Positions 19,266 through 29,018 of a DNA stretch of 64,000 nucleotides are shown here, in pieces. Below the pieces are notes generated by a model. It was not told the DNA's origin. It ran no database searches and saw only the letters and a list, made by a program, of their open reading frames with translations. The position numbers were made by a program, and so were the translations under genes. Source of the DNA: Treponemataceae bacterium (GTDB lineage Bacteria; Spirochaetota; Spirochaetia; Treponematales; Rectinemataceae); NCBI GenBank assembly GCA_963678065.2, contig CAXXVZ010000005.1:320001-384000 (forward strand), read 5' to 3'. How positions within the stretch are numbered: position 1 is the stretch's first letter; every line of letters begins with the position of its first letter.

Positions 19266-21071
19266 TCAACTCCCGGTCCGCGGGGGTCGACTGTCCGCGA
19301 GCTCCGCATACCGGTCCCTCACGCAAAAGAAGGCCTTTTTCCGGACGTCCTTGGTCCTGTCGACGAGACCTTTCAGATTGTACATTTTCTGCCGCGGATT
19401 GAGCCTGCGGGGTGTCTTGAAATCGTAGAGGAGCCACGGCGCGAGGCCCACTACCTTTGCGCTCCCGAGAATGACGTCGAATTGGTTGCGGTAGACTTCC
19501 TCCTGGTATTCCTCGGTCCACTGTTCGTCCGCGGCTCCGTGAAGTCCCGCGACTGCTTCCGCGCCGAATTCGCTCACGACCACGGGTTTGCCGTAATCCC
19601 GGGCAAGAAGGCCTGCGAGCCTGTCGTAGCCGTAGTAGTACCAGCCGAAATACTCATTGATTCCGAGTATGTCCACTTCCCTCGCGAGCCGGTCCGACAC
19701 AGTGAACTTCTCAAGGTCGACGAGGCAGGCGGCCGCGACCAGACGCGTGGGGTCGCGTCTGCGGGCCGTGTCGATCAGCGTGTTCATGAAGTGAAAGCGC
19801 TCGTCCGTGTCGGGATTCTCGTTGCCCACGGCCCAGACGATGACGCTCGCGCGGTTTCCGTCGCGCTTCATGAGTTCGACGAGCTGGTTCGCCGCGTTGT
19901 CCAGGGTCGCGGGGTTGTCGAATTCGAGCGACCAGTAGACCGGTATTTCCTCCCAGAGCATGATGCCGAGCCTGTCGGCAAGCCGGGAAACTTCCCCGGA
20001 GTGCGGATAGTGGGCGAGGCGCATGAAGTTGCAATTCATCTCCTTCGCGAGCGCGAGTGTGGAAAGCATCTCCGCTTCCGTGAGGGCGCGGCCGTTCTCC
20101 AGGCTCTCCTCGTGGGCCGTGACACCGCGCAGGAAGACGGGCTCTCCGTTGAGGAGCACTTTTCCGCCATCAACCTCCACGCGTCTGAATCCGACCCCGT
20201 CGCGGACGAGGTCTTCTTCCGCGCGGATCTCCACCTGATAGAGGCGGGGGTTGTCCGGAGACCACAGCTCAGGGCTGGCCGGTATAATCGCATCGAGGCG
20301 GCCGTCCGCGGTGGTCACAAACTCCGCGTCGACGAGGCCGGCGATTCCGAGCCGCACCGGACGCTCGCCGCGCGCGTTCAGCGCGAGCCTGAGCCTGACC
20401 GAATCGTCGCCGAAGGGACCGAGCGAGAGAGACCAGTCGTCGATGCGGATCGGCGGGACGAGGTAGAGCCCGACGGAGCGGTAGATGCCGCCGTAGTTGA
20501 ACCAGTCCGTGAAATCCGCGGGCACGGCGTCGCGGCGCCGCGCGTTGCTGACCCAGACGAGGAGGCGGTTGCCGCCATCACTTTCCGGGATGGAGGGTTT
20601 CAAGGCTGCCGTGATGTCGGCGCAGAAGGGTGTGAAGCCTCCCTCGTGACTCGCGACATGGATACCGTTCACGAAGACCATCGCGGCGTAATTGGCCGCT
20701 CCGACGCGCAGGATGACACGCTCGCCTTCCTTCCGCGGGACATCGCCGAAGGTCCTGAAAAACCAGAAGCTGCCCTCGTACAGGGAATACTTCTCTTCGC
20801 GGCAGTTCCAGCACGCAGGCAAGGCCATAGTGTCCCAGGCCTCGAACTCGTAGTCCTTCGGCGCGTTCCGGTCGAACTCGCCGCCGGCCTCGCGGTACCA
20901 GTGCGCCCTGACGCCGTTGTCGTAGATGTCGGGACTCGCGTGCCACTCCCCGTCGAGCTTCAGCGCGGGAAGTCTTCCCGGACAGAGCAAAGAGTCGGCG
21001 AGCGCGACATGGCTCTTCATGAGATCGTCTATCGGATTCGAATGCAGCTGCGAGTATCCGGGATTTTCCAT
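19266..21071 (-). CDS. GH2 beta-glucuronidase/hexuronidase-like glycoside hydrolase
   Basis: HEGGFTPF, DWFNYGGIYR, RLAHYPH, WAVGNE acid/base, SEFGAE nucleophile, C-terminal NLKG (NxKG) motif. Confidence 0.9.
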   Translation of the reverse strand: MENPGYSQLHSNPIDDLMKSHVALADSLLCPGRLPALKLDGEWHASPDIYDNGVRAHWYREAGGEFDRNAPKDYEFEAWDTMALPACWNCREEKYSLYEGSFWFFRTFGDVPRKEGERVILRVGAANYAAMVFVNGIHVASHEGGFTPFCADITAALKPSIPESDGGNRLLVWVSNARRRDAVPADFTDWFNYGGIYRSVGLYLVPPIRIDDWSLSLGPFGDDSVRLRLALNARGERPVRLGIAGLVDAEFVTTADGRLDAIIPASPELWSPDNPRLYQVEIRAEEDLVRDGVGFRRVEVDGGKVLLNGEPVFLRGVTAHEESLENGRALTEAEMLSTLALAKEMNCNFMRLAHYPHSGEVSRLADRLGIMLWEEIPVYWSLEFDNPATLDNAANQLVELMKRDGNRASVIVWAVGNENPDTDERFHFMNTLIDTARRRDPTRLVAAACLVDLEKFTVSDRLAREVDILGINEYFGWYYYGYDRLAGLLARDYGKPVVVSEFGAEAVAGLHGAADEQWTEEYQEEVYRNQFDVILGSAKVVGLAPWLLYDFKTPRRLNPRQKMYNLKGLVDRTKDVRKKAFFCVRDRYAELADSRPPRTGS

Positions 21072-21103
21072 GCTGTCTCAGGCCTTCGTTGTGATGTTGT
21101 TCT

Positions 21104-22246
21104 TCATGCCGGTCTGCGGAAATATCCGATCCCGACCGTATTGCGGAATGTCCAGGCTCCCGCGTCTCCGGGAAAGAGGACGCAGTCGATCATGCCGATC
21201 GTCGCGCACCGGAACCATGTCGCGAAGCAATTCGAGTGCCCTTGTGGTTCCGAATAACCTTTGACCCAGCCGTCGAATCGCAGCCTCGCCTCGCGATCGT
21301 CCGCGGGGGACTCGTCCGCGAAGCCTCCGTCAGGATTCTGGAAGTCGAGGAGGTCCAGAAGTTTGCGTTCGAGCAGGGTCTCGATCTCATCGCGCCGCAG
21401 GCCGTACCTGTGCATATTGGCCAGCGCGTCGACGATGTCGACATCGAGGCAGGCGCTCGTGACACCGCCGAGCTCCCCGCGAGCGAGCGAGAGGCAGGCA
21501 TCGGTTATACGATCGAGATATTTCAGCGGACGGTCGAGATAGTAGTACAGGTGATAGCTGTGCATCGCACCCGCGAAAGCGAAGAGGAGTTCCTTCCGCG
21601 TCGCGAAGTTCCCGCCCCAGAATCCGGTCCCCGGATCCTGGATTTCGTCGAGCCAGTCGAGCAATTCGACGAGCCGTTCGGCCGCGGCCGCAACACCGTC
21701 TTCCATCATCGCGAGGTAGAAACCGCCGAGGTTGACGACGGCGTTGCCCTCCATCCATGGATCGTCCCAGCCCCGCTTCGCCATCCAGGATTTGAGGCCA
21801 CCGCGGTTCAGGTACGGCTCCATGAAGGCGAAGGGACGGGTCTCCCTCGATCCGATGGAGCGAAGGGCGCCCATGGAATAATTCGTCGCGTGGAAGTCGA
21901 TATACTCGCGCGTGTACGCGGGATCGGGTCTCTTGAAGCTGTCCTCGTCGCGCATGCCGGGAAGCCTGAACGCCCCGGACTCCGTCTGGAAGGAGTTGAT
22001 GAAGGCCGCCGTCCTGCCCGCATCGTATCCCGCCTCCGGCGAAAATCCGCCGAGGAGAACGAGGCAGTTCACGGCGTCATAGGTGGCCGGCAGAACCATT
22101 CCGGGCCAGACCTGCGGGTCGTGCAGTGCGCTGAAGCGGAAGGCCGTGTTGCCGCTGCCGGGAATGACCATCGATCCGAGCCATCCCAGCGAGGCTCTCC
22201 GCGATTGTGCGATCCGGCCACGGAGTTCCATTCTCTTCGCGCTCAT
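21104..22246 (-). CDS. Prenyltransferase/squalene-cyclase-repeat (alpha/alpha barrel) protein of unknown function
   Basis: QW-like repeats FQTESGAF, IQDPGTGFWG, FQNPDGGF; start overlaps the permease stop (ATGA). Confidence 0.65.
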   Translation of the reverse strand: MSAKRMELRGRIAQSRRASLGWLGSMVIPGSGNTAFRFSALHDPQVWPGMVLPATYDAVNCLVLLGGFSPEAGYDAGRTAAFINSFQTESGAFRLPGMRDEDSFKRPDPAYTREYIDFHATNYSMGALRSIGSRETRPFAFMEPYLNRGGLKSWMAKRGWDDPWMEGNAVVNLGGFYLAMMEDGVAAAAERLVELLDWLDEIQDPGTGFWGGNFATRKELLFAFAGAMHSYHLYYYLDRPLKYLDRITDACLSLARGELGGVTSACLDVDIVDALANMHRYGLRRDEIETLLERKLLDLLDFQNPDGGFADESPADDREARLRFDGWVKGYSEPQGHSNCFATWFRCATIGMIDCVLFPGDAGAWTFRNTVGIGYFRRPA

Positions 22247-23076
22247 CCTTTAACACTCCCCGCGGCGAAACCCGCTATCACTTTTTTCTGGGTCAGCATG
22301 AAGACGAGTATGACCGGGAGGGAGACCACGGTGGACAGTGCCATGATCTCCGGGAAATTTACTTCGAGCTGACTGTCCAGGTTGAAAAGCGCGACGGGCA
22401 GCGTGTAGCTCTTCATCGACGTCGAGATGACGAGGACGGGGAACCAGTTATCCCAGTTGATGATGAAGCCGAGAAGGATCGCCGTCATGAAGACCGACTT
22501 GGCCATAGGCATGATGATGGAGAGGAATGTGCAAAGCTCTCCCGCTCCGTCCATCTCCGCCGACTCGATGACGGCTTTGGGGACCTTTACGAAAAATTCC
22601 CGGAAGAGGAAGTACTGGATCGGTCCGAGGGCGAGGAAAAGAACCATGCCCGCGCGGCTTCCGAGAAGGCCGATCCGGTACATGACGACGTAGACCGGCG
22701 TCATGAGGAGAATGTAGGGATACATGATGCTGAGAAGGAAGAGCCTCTCCACCATGCGGAATCCGGGCAGCATAGGTTTCCGGCTGATGGCGTAGGCCCC
22801 GAGCGAGGACACTGTGATGCCGATCAGCACGGAGAATCCCACGATGACGACGGAGTTAGCGAGGTAGGTCCCGAAAGGAATGCCCGCGAGGTTCCGGAGG
22901 GATTCGTATGCCGAGAAGGTTATGCGCTTCGGTATAAGGCGCAGGGTATCCGCGAATATGTCCCGCGTCGGCTTGAGCGAACTCGAAATCATCCACAGGA
23001 AGGGGAATACCATGACGAGGCTCACCGCGACCGAGCCGAGGTACGCGAGGGCGACAAGTGCGGGGTTCTTTTTCAT
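22243..23076 (-). CDS. Carbohydrate ABC permease (MalG-type)
   Basis: PFLWMISSSLK, ESAEMDGA, WDNWF. Confidence 0.93.
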   Translation of the reverse strand: MKKNPALVALAYLGSVAVSLVMVFPFLWMISSSLKPTRDIFADTLRLIPKRITFSAYESLRNLAGIPFGTYLANSVVIVGFSVLIGITVSSLGAYAISRKPMLPGFRMVERLFLLSIMYPYILLMTPVYVVMYRIGLLGSRAGMVLFLALGPIQYFLFREFFVKVPKAVIESAEMDGAGELCTFLSIIMPMAKSVFMTAILLGFIINWDNWFPVLVISTSMKSYTLPVALFNLDSQLEVNFPEIMALSTVVSLPVILVFMLTQKKVIAGFAAGSVKG

Positions 23077-23976
23077 TCAGGCGTTTCCTTCCGCCCTGTC
23101 GGCCGAGGCGATTTTCCGTGTCGCGAGAGTGAGGGCGACGACAACCGCGAAGAGCACGGTTCCCATCGCGGCGGCCTCGCCGTAGTCGCCTATCTTGAAC
23201 TTCGTGTAGGCGTAATAGGAGACGAAATTGGAGGCGTAGTTCGGCCCTCCCTGGCTCATGACGAGGGCTACGGCGAAGGTCTTGAGAAACTGTATGAGCG
23301 CATAGACGGCGTTCAGGCTGAAGGCCGGGCCGAGTTCGGGCAGAGTTATGCGGAACGTGCGCGCGAACCAGCCCGCGCCGTCGAGGTGGGCGGCCTCGTA
23401 CATCTCCCTGTCGATGAGCTGGAGGTTCGTGATGAAGATGATCGTGTAGAGCCCGACGTGTTTCCACAGCTCGACGAGGGCGAGGGCCGGAAGTACGGTT
23501 GACTTACCGGAGAGCCCGCCGAAAGCCGGCAGACCCAGGAGACCGAGCACGGCGTTCACCGCGCCGTAATTCGTGTTGTACATCCACTTCCAGACGACGG
23601 AGGTCGCCATGATGGGCACGACGACGGGCATGAAGACCGCGAGCTTGAAGACGACTCCGCCCTTCCCGATGAAATTCGATCCCATGAGGAGAGCCAGGGC
23701 CAGGGCGACGGCGAGGTTGAGCGGCACCGACACGGCGGTGAACCCGAGGGTTATGCGAAACGAATCGATGAAGTAGGAATCGCCGAAAATCGTCGCGAAA
23801 TTCGCGAAGCCGATGTATTCGGGGTGACCCGAAAGGGAGGTCGACGATTTGGTGAAGGACATCGCCACGCTCTGCACGATAGGAACGATCCCGAAGAGCA
23901 GGACGAGGAGCAGCATCGGGACAAGGAAGAGATAGAGCGTGAGGTTTTTTCTCACCGGAACCGGAATCGCGATCAT
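23077..23976 (-). CDS. Carbohydrate ABC permease (MalF-type)
   Basis: IGFANF, YEAAHLDGA, GGPNY. Confidence 0.93.
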   Translation of the reverse strand: MIAIPVPVRKNLTLYLFLVPMLLLVLLFGIVPIVQSVAMSFTKSSTSLSGHPEYIGFANFATIFGDSYFIDSFRITLGFTAVSVPLNLAVALALALLMGSNFIGKGGVVFKLAVFMPVVVPIMATSVVWKWMYNTNYGAVNAVLGLLGLPAFGGLSGKSTVLPALALVELWKHVGLYTIIFITNLQLIDREMYEAAHLDGAGWFARTFRITLPELGPAFSLNAVYALIQFLKTFAVALVMSQGGPNYASNFVSYYAYTKFKIGDYGEAAAMGTVLFAVVVALTLATRKIASADRAEGNA

Positions 23977-24050
23977 GTGAACCCCTTGAAGACTGATCAT
24001 CCCGCACGCGGCGGGTCGCCTGACCGGCGCGGACGCAAGTCCCGCGCGAT

Positions 24051-24119
24051 GTTCCCGCTGCGCACAGGCGTTGCCATCCTCCGGTATCGGGGCGATGGCA
24101 ACGCCGGCCACGCGGGAAC
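24051..24119. other. Intercistronic stem-loop after SBP gene
   Basis: GTTCCCGC...GGCGTTGCCATC-loop-GATGGCAACGCC...GCGGGAAC. Confidence 0.6.
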
Positions 24120-24124
24120 GCGAT

Positions 24125-25408
24125 TTATTTCTTGGCGGCGATGTAGGCTCTCATGTCTTTTTCGGCCTTGGCGAGCGTCGCGTCGACATCGAGAGTCCTG
24201 TCGGACAGGAGCTTGAGAAGGGCCTTGTGGTAGATGTCCTCGATGCCGGAGTAGTAGCTGAAGGTCGACTCGGGGAAATCGTAGGCGATGGTCGGCTGTT
24301 TTCCGGTCGCGAAGAATTTGCCGTGGTCGGTGAGGGCGGAGAGATCGAGGTCGCTGCGGACCGCCGAGCCGATGTGTTTGAGCGAAAGCTGCTGGGCCTC
24401 TTTCGTGAGCATGAATTGCAGGAATTTGACGGCTTCGTCTCTGTTTTTGGCGTTGGCCGGAATGGCGGCGCCGCGCATGCCGGACATGACGACGGCGTTC
24501 CTGTCGCCCGCCTTGAACTGGGGCCAGGGGCCGAGGATGTAGTCGGCGTCGAGGACGTCGGGTTTGTCCCACTTGGACACGTTCCAGTCCCCGACGCGGA
24601 ACATCCCCGCCTTGCCGGCCTCGATGATCTGGTACATTTCGCCGAAGCTGTAATTGATCGTGTCTTTGGGAGCGTAGTTCCAGAACAGCCCGAGCACTTC
24701 CTTCACGATCTCCTTGTGGCGGGGCTCGTTGATGGTGATTGCGCCAGAGGGATCGATGACCGTGTATTTGACGCCCGTTCCGAAGGTAAAGAGGTCGATC
24801 ATGTGGACGAGATCGCGGGGATTCGCGGCTTCGAGGGCGAGGCCGAAGGTGTCGCCCTGCTTCTTGTTGCCGTCCGGGTCGCCCTTTGTAAAGAGCTCGG
24901 CGATGGCTTTCATTTCAGCCCAGGTCTTGGGGAAGGGTTTGCCCACGGCGTCGAGCCAGCTCTTGCGCACGCCGAAGGCCGCCTGAACGCGCTGGATGGG
25001 GAATATGAGGAGCTTGCCCTTGTACTCGGAGATGTCGAGGTCGGAGCGCGTGATGAAGGAAACGTCGCCCACGCCCTTGAAGGCGGAAGCGAGGTCGAGA
25101 ATTTTACCCGTCTGGTCTTCGACCTTGATGACGCGCTCGTAGTTGTTGAAGATGATGTCGGGCGCGGTGTTCGTATTGATCGACGCGATGGATTTTTCGA
25201 TCCACTGCTGGGTCGGATAGGTGACCGACTCGACCCTCACGTTGGGATTGGTCTTCTGGTAGAGAGCCGCCATCTCGTTGAACCAGGCGACGCCTTTGTC
25301 GCCCTGGTCGTGCCAGACCGTCAGAGTGACGGGCGCCGCTGCCAGACTGCCGATCACGGCCAGTGACATGACGAAAACAGCGACGAGCCGCACGGAGAGT
25401 TTTTTCAC
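24125..25408 (-). CDS. Carbohydrate ABC substrate-binding protein (CUT1)
   Basis: AAGGAGG + GTG; signal peptide; PKTWAE, DPDGNKKQD motif. Confidence 0.9.
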   Translation of the reverse strand: MKKLSVRLVAVFVMSLAVIGSLAAAPVTLTVWHDQGDKGVAWFNEMAALYQKTNPNVRVESVTYPTQQWIEKSIASINTNTAPDIIFNNYERVIKVEDQTGKILDLASAFKGVGDVSFITRSDLDISEYKGKLLIFPIQRVQAAFGVRKSWLDAVGKPFPKTWAEMKAIAELFTKGDPDGNKKQGDTFGLALEAANPRDLVHMIDLFTFGTGVKYTVIDPSGAITINEPRHKEIVKEVLGLFWNYAPKDTINYSFGEMYQIIEAGKAGMFRVGDWNVSKWDKPDVLDADYILGPWPQFKAGDRNAVVMSGMRGAAIPANAKNRDEAVKFLQFMLTKEAQQLSLKHIGSAVRSDLDLSALTDHGKFFATGKQPTIAYDFPESTFSYYSGIEDIYHKALLKLLSDRTLDVDATLAKAEKDMRAYIAAKK

Positions 25409-25447
25409 AACTGCCTCCTTTACGATAGGCCACACTCTGGTGGCCAT

Positions 25448-25549
25448 ATGTAAAGCTTTACATGAGCTACTATGACCTTTCGGAAACACAATGTCAATAA
25501 TGTAATGCTTTACATGGAATGAAACGTATAGTATTATGCTTTCCGAAGG
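25448..25549. promoter_or_regulatory. Divergent promoters and operators between SBP and LacI genes
   Basis: Palindromes ATGTAAAGCTTTACAT (25448) and ATGTAATGCTTTACAT (25500). Minus promoter TTGACA-N17-CATAGT (25497-25469); plus promoter TTTACA-N17-TATTAT (25509-25537). Confidence 0.75.
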
Positions 25550-25580
25550 CTGTCAAATTCTTTTTTTTGCGAGGCCGACC

Positions 25581-26648
25581 ATGAACATACACGATATCGC
25601 CCGCGAAGCCGGCGTATCGACTGCCACCGTCTCGCGCGTCATCAACAGCCCGGACCGGGTGGAAGAGAGCACGCGCGCCCGGGTGCTCGATGTGATCGAA
25701 GCGCACGCCTACACCCCGAACGCCCTGGCGCGGGGCCTTTTGCACAACCGGACGCGGACCATCGGAGTCCTCGCGGTCGACATCCTCAACCCCTACTACG
25801 CGACCGTCGTCCACGCGATCGAGCGGAACCTGAGCGCGCGGGGCAACAACATCCTTCTGTGCAACACGGGCGGAAGCCACGACGAAAAAGTCCGCTACAT
25901 CAGGACCCTCCTGGAAAAGCGGGTGGACGGCCTCGTGTTCGTCGGTTCGGTCTACAGAGAAAAGGACGGGGCCGACGAGATACTCGCGGCTGCACGCTCG
26001 ATTCCCGTCATCATGATCAACTCCGTCATCGAAGCGGAGAACATCCACTGCATCCTCTGCGACGACCGGCGGGGTATACGCGACGCACTCGACTTTTTCA
26101 CCGACGCTGGCCGGGAAAGAATCCTCTTCATCAACACGACGACGACGGCGAGCGCCCGACTCAAGGAGGACGAGTTCATCGCCCACCTCGCGCGGCGGGG
26201 CATCCGGACGCCGGGTGGCCCCGGCGGGAACGCCCCGCCGCAGGAAGGACTGCGCGGGAAATCGTGGATCATCGAAACTGCCCCCGACAGGCTCGCGGAA
26301 CTTCCCTTCGCGATCGCCGCTGCCCTGGAATCGGACGACTTCAACGCCATCCTCGCTTCGGACGACCTCTTCGCCAATGTGGCGGTGAACACTCTCCACT
26401 CCCTGCACCGCGACATCCCCGGCTCGATGTGGGTGATCGGCTACAACAACAGCTATGTCAGCGAACAGACCTTCCCCCGGCTCAGCTCGGTGGACAGCCG
26501 GATGACCGATCTCGGGGAGGCGACAGCGGAGCGACTGACGCGCATTCTCTCGGGCGACATTCCGGAAGACCGCGTAGTCCTGCTGGAGCCTGAGCTGATC
26601 CTGAAGGAATCCACGGGAACCGCGGACAAAGATTCCGGGAGCTTGTGA
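25581..26648 (+). CDS. LacI family transcriptional regulator
   Basis: IHDIAREAGVSTATVSRVIN HTH, YTPNALARGL. Confidence 0.95.
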   Translation: MNIHDIAREAGVSTATVSRVINSPDRVEESTRARVLDVIEAHAYTPNALARGLLHNRTRTIGVLAVDILNPYYATVVHAIERNLSARGNNILLCNTGGSHDEKVRYIRTLLEKRVDGLVFVGSVYREKDGADEILAAARSIPVIMINSVIEAENIHCILCDDRRGIRDALDFFTDAGRERILFINTTTTASARLKEDEFIAHLARRGIRTPGGPGGNAPPQEGLRGKSWIIETAPDRLAELPFAIAAALESDDFNAILASDDLFANVAVNTLHSLHRDIPGSMWVIGYNNSYVSEQTFPRLSSVDSRMTDLGEATAERLTRILSGDIPEDRVVLLEPELILKESTGTADKDSGSL

Positions 26649-26674
26649 AAGGGACTTGTGGGGCTCGGGGCTCT

Positions 26675-27757
26675 TCAGCGACGGGGCAGCGCGCGACAGA
26701 ATGCATCCATGTCGTCACTGTCCTCGAGAACTCCGATCTCGATATGCGCCTTCTTTTGCCCAAATGGCGGAAGCATCTCGACCATGCCTCTCTCTTTTGC
26801 GGCGGCATAGCCCATGGGCTGACAGTTCCCCGGCTCCAGGCCCATCGCGTAATCCTGCTCCTCGCAGGCTTTCCATTGGGTAAAATACGGAAGCTCCTTC
26901 TTGTCGAACGCGACATACATCCCGAACTCCAGCATGGGATTCATGATCGCTACGCGGACTTTATCGTCTGAGTCAGGTACAAGATCATGGAAATACACGA
27001 GTTCGCCTGAACCTGCGCGGGGGCTCTCCATGCGCGCATAACCGCTCGCGTTCGCTTCCGAGTAAGGGTTGACTCCGGTGACCTTTGCGGAAATCGCCTT
27101 GAACTCGGTACCTTCGTCCAGCAGCGGATAGCCGGCATTGATGTGATACAGCAGCATGGCGGGCGATTCATACGGTGAGAGGTTCTCTATGGTGTCTGTG
27201 AGGAATATCTTGTTCACGCCGGCGACCGCTCTGATTTCACGGCTGAGTACGAGACATTCTCCGAAAGTCATCGCTTCCGAGACTCTGCCCGATACGGTCA
27301 TGGTGAATGTACCGTTCTCCCATTTTTCTTGCACGCAGACATTGTCGGCGCAGGTATTCGCAATGCGGCCGTGCAAGCCGAGATCCTGCTTCCCGAGAAT
27401 GCCCATGGTTTTCTCTGATGGCGCGCCCGTGTTGGACAGGCCGCAGGTTGTCAGAAGACCGCCGAAAAAGTTCCTGAGCCAACCGACACCCTGGCACTCG
27501 TAGTATGAGGGGGAAACGACGCCTGTCTTGGACATGAAGCTCATCGGTACGGACCTGAACGATGCCCGCGAGATATCCATTCCCCGGCCGGGAAGGACGG
27601 TGAACTCCAATCCGGAGCCGGTCCGGATGTCGACAGCCTCGACGCCTTTCGCTTTTCCGTCGGTCAGCTCATAGCGCCGCGCGCCCGCCAACTGCGAAAT
27701 TTCACCCATCCGCTTTGCCAGAAAAACCCGATCATTCACAAATTGGTAGTTCTTCAA
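26675..27757 (-). CDS. Aldose 1-epimerase-like (DUF4432-type) protein
   Basis: RGMDIS, GGLLTTCGL, LHGRI, LYHIN, GLEPGN. Start uncertain (27757-27817). Confidence 0.8.
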   Translation of the reverse strand: MKNYQFVNDRVFLAKRMGEISQLAGARRYELTDGKAKGVEAVDIRTGSGLEFTVLPGRGMDISRASFRSVPMSFMSKTGVVSPSYYECQGVGWLRNFFGGLLTTCGLSNTGAPSEKTMGILGKQDLGLHGRIANTCADNVCVQEKWENGTFTMTVSGRVSEAMTFGECLVLSREIRAVAGVNKIFLTDTIENLSPYESPAMLLYHINAGYPLLDEGTEFKAISAKVTGVNPYSEANASGYARMESPRAGSGELVYFHDLVPDSDDKVRVAIMNPMLEFGMYVAFDKKELPYFTQWKACEEQDYAMGLEPGNCQPMGYAAAKERGMVEMLPPFGQKKAHIEIGVLEDSDDMDAFCRALPRR

Positions 27758-27800
27758 TTCACGACTCCCTGCACATTTCACGATCGCGCGTGGATTCCGA

Positions 27801-28934
27801 TCATTCGTACGAGCCATACTGGATCGCGGCTTCCAGAAGTTCCTTCAAATTTTCATGCGGTGTTCCATTTGAAAGATAATCCGAGGTTGCCAGAATGAAC
27901 TTACCACGCTTTTTGAATTTCAGGATAAGCTCTTTTGCGCGATCATGGACCTCGCGACTTTTTGCCGTTCTCAGAAACTCGATCTGATCGATATTTCCCA
28001 GAATCGTCATATCCTGATCGAGTATCCGGATCGCATGGTCGACATCCGCGTCGCCGAAGGGTGGCGGTGTCAGCGTTTCGAGCGCGTCGATCCCAAGAAG
28101 ATTGTAAGCCCCGAACATACTATCGCAGTCCCCGCAATTGTGAAACAACACATACGCGCCATTGGCTTTGATGGCATCGATTACCCGCTTCTCATAGGGC
28201 AAGAGGTACTTGATGAAGTAATCGGGACCGACCATGCTTCCGTTGGCGATATTGCCCTCATAGGTGACTATATCGGAGACTCTGGCGAGCTGAATCGCCG
28301 CACGGACTGTTCTCTCGCAATAGTATTCCATCATGGCAAAGAAAAAATCCTGATTCACCAAGGCATCGCAGATCAGGTCATCCAGTTTTCTCAGCCTGCT
28401 CAGCGTGTTGAAGATGCTGGGCAGCCAGGGCGCGACGACACCGTCATCGCCCAGTTTCTCCTTCGTTCTGGAGACTCTCGAGCAATCGAAATCGGGGGCC
28501 GGAGGCTGGTATTTCAAAAAGCAGGCGAAATCTTCCTCGTCCTTGATGAAGTGTTCGGTTTCCGCGGAAACTTCCGTGAAAGCATTGACCCGGTCATGCT
28601 TCACGACACCGCGCAATTCCCGTTCCGGGGTTCTGATTGTCGTGATCACGCTTCGTTTGTTCCCGCCCGACGCCAGTTCTTCCGTCGAAACCGCCCAGTC
28701 CCCGGAAGTCGCGATCACAGGGGAGACCATGTCCATGGTGCAGGTTCTTATCATGCTGTCGAAGCCGAGATCTCGGTAGATCCCGTGCAGCCTTACATCG
28801 ATGATCTCATCGTCCAGCGAATAATTCTCCCCGAGGATTTCATTGATATAATTGAGCCAGATAAACGGCGAAACCGGGATGCGATCCGTCCGTTCGCCGC
28901 TGAATGTATTGAGGATCCGCTCCCGGCTTTTCAT
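27801..28934 (-). CDS. Uroporphyrinogen decarboxylase/MtaA-like family protein
   Basis: RERIL...DRIPVSP N-terminus, FHNCG, ILGNID, FILATSD. Confidence 0.85.
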   Translation of the reverse strand: MKSRERILNTFSGERTDRIPVSPFIWLNYINEILGENYSLDDEIIDVRLHGIYRDLGFDSMIRTCTMDMVSPVIATSGDWAVSTEELASGGNKRSVITTIRTPERELRGVVKHDRVNAFTEVSAETEHFIKDEEDFACFLKYQPPAPDFDCSRVSRTKEKLGDDGVVAPWLPSIFNTLSRLRKLDDLICDALVNQDFFFAMMEYYCERTVRAAIQLARVSDIVTYEGNIANGSMVGPDYFIKYLLPYEKRVIDAIKANGAYVLFHNCGDCDSMFGAYNLLGIDALETLTPPPFGDADVDHAIRILDQDMTILGNIDQIEFLRTAKSREVHDRAKELILKFKKRGKFILATSDYLSNGTPHENLKELLEAAIQYGSYE

Positions 28935-29018
28935 ATCGACATTCTCCTTTGCGCGGACTGCATCGTTCCGCGAAAATAGCCAGCAAGGCGATGACAGGAT
29001 GGAATCGCGGAAATTTTC

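Noticed and set aside
18837..21257. 806-aa plus-strand ORF
   Set aside because: Antisense to the GH2 gene; no recognisable domain.
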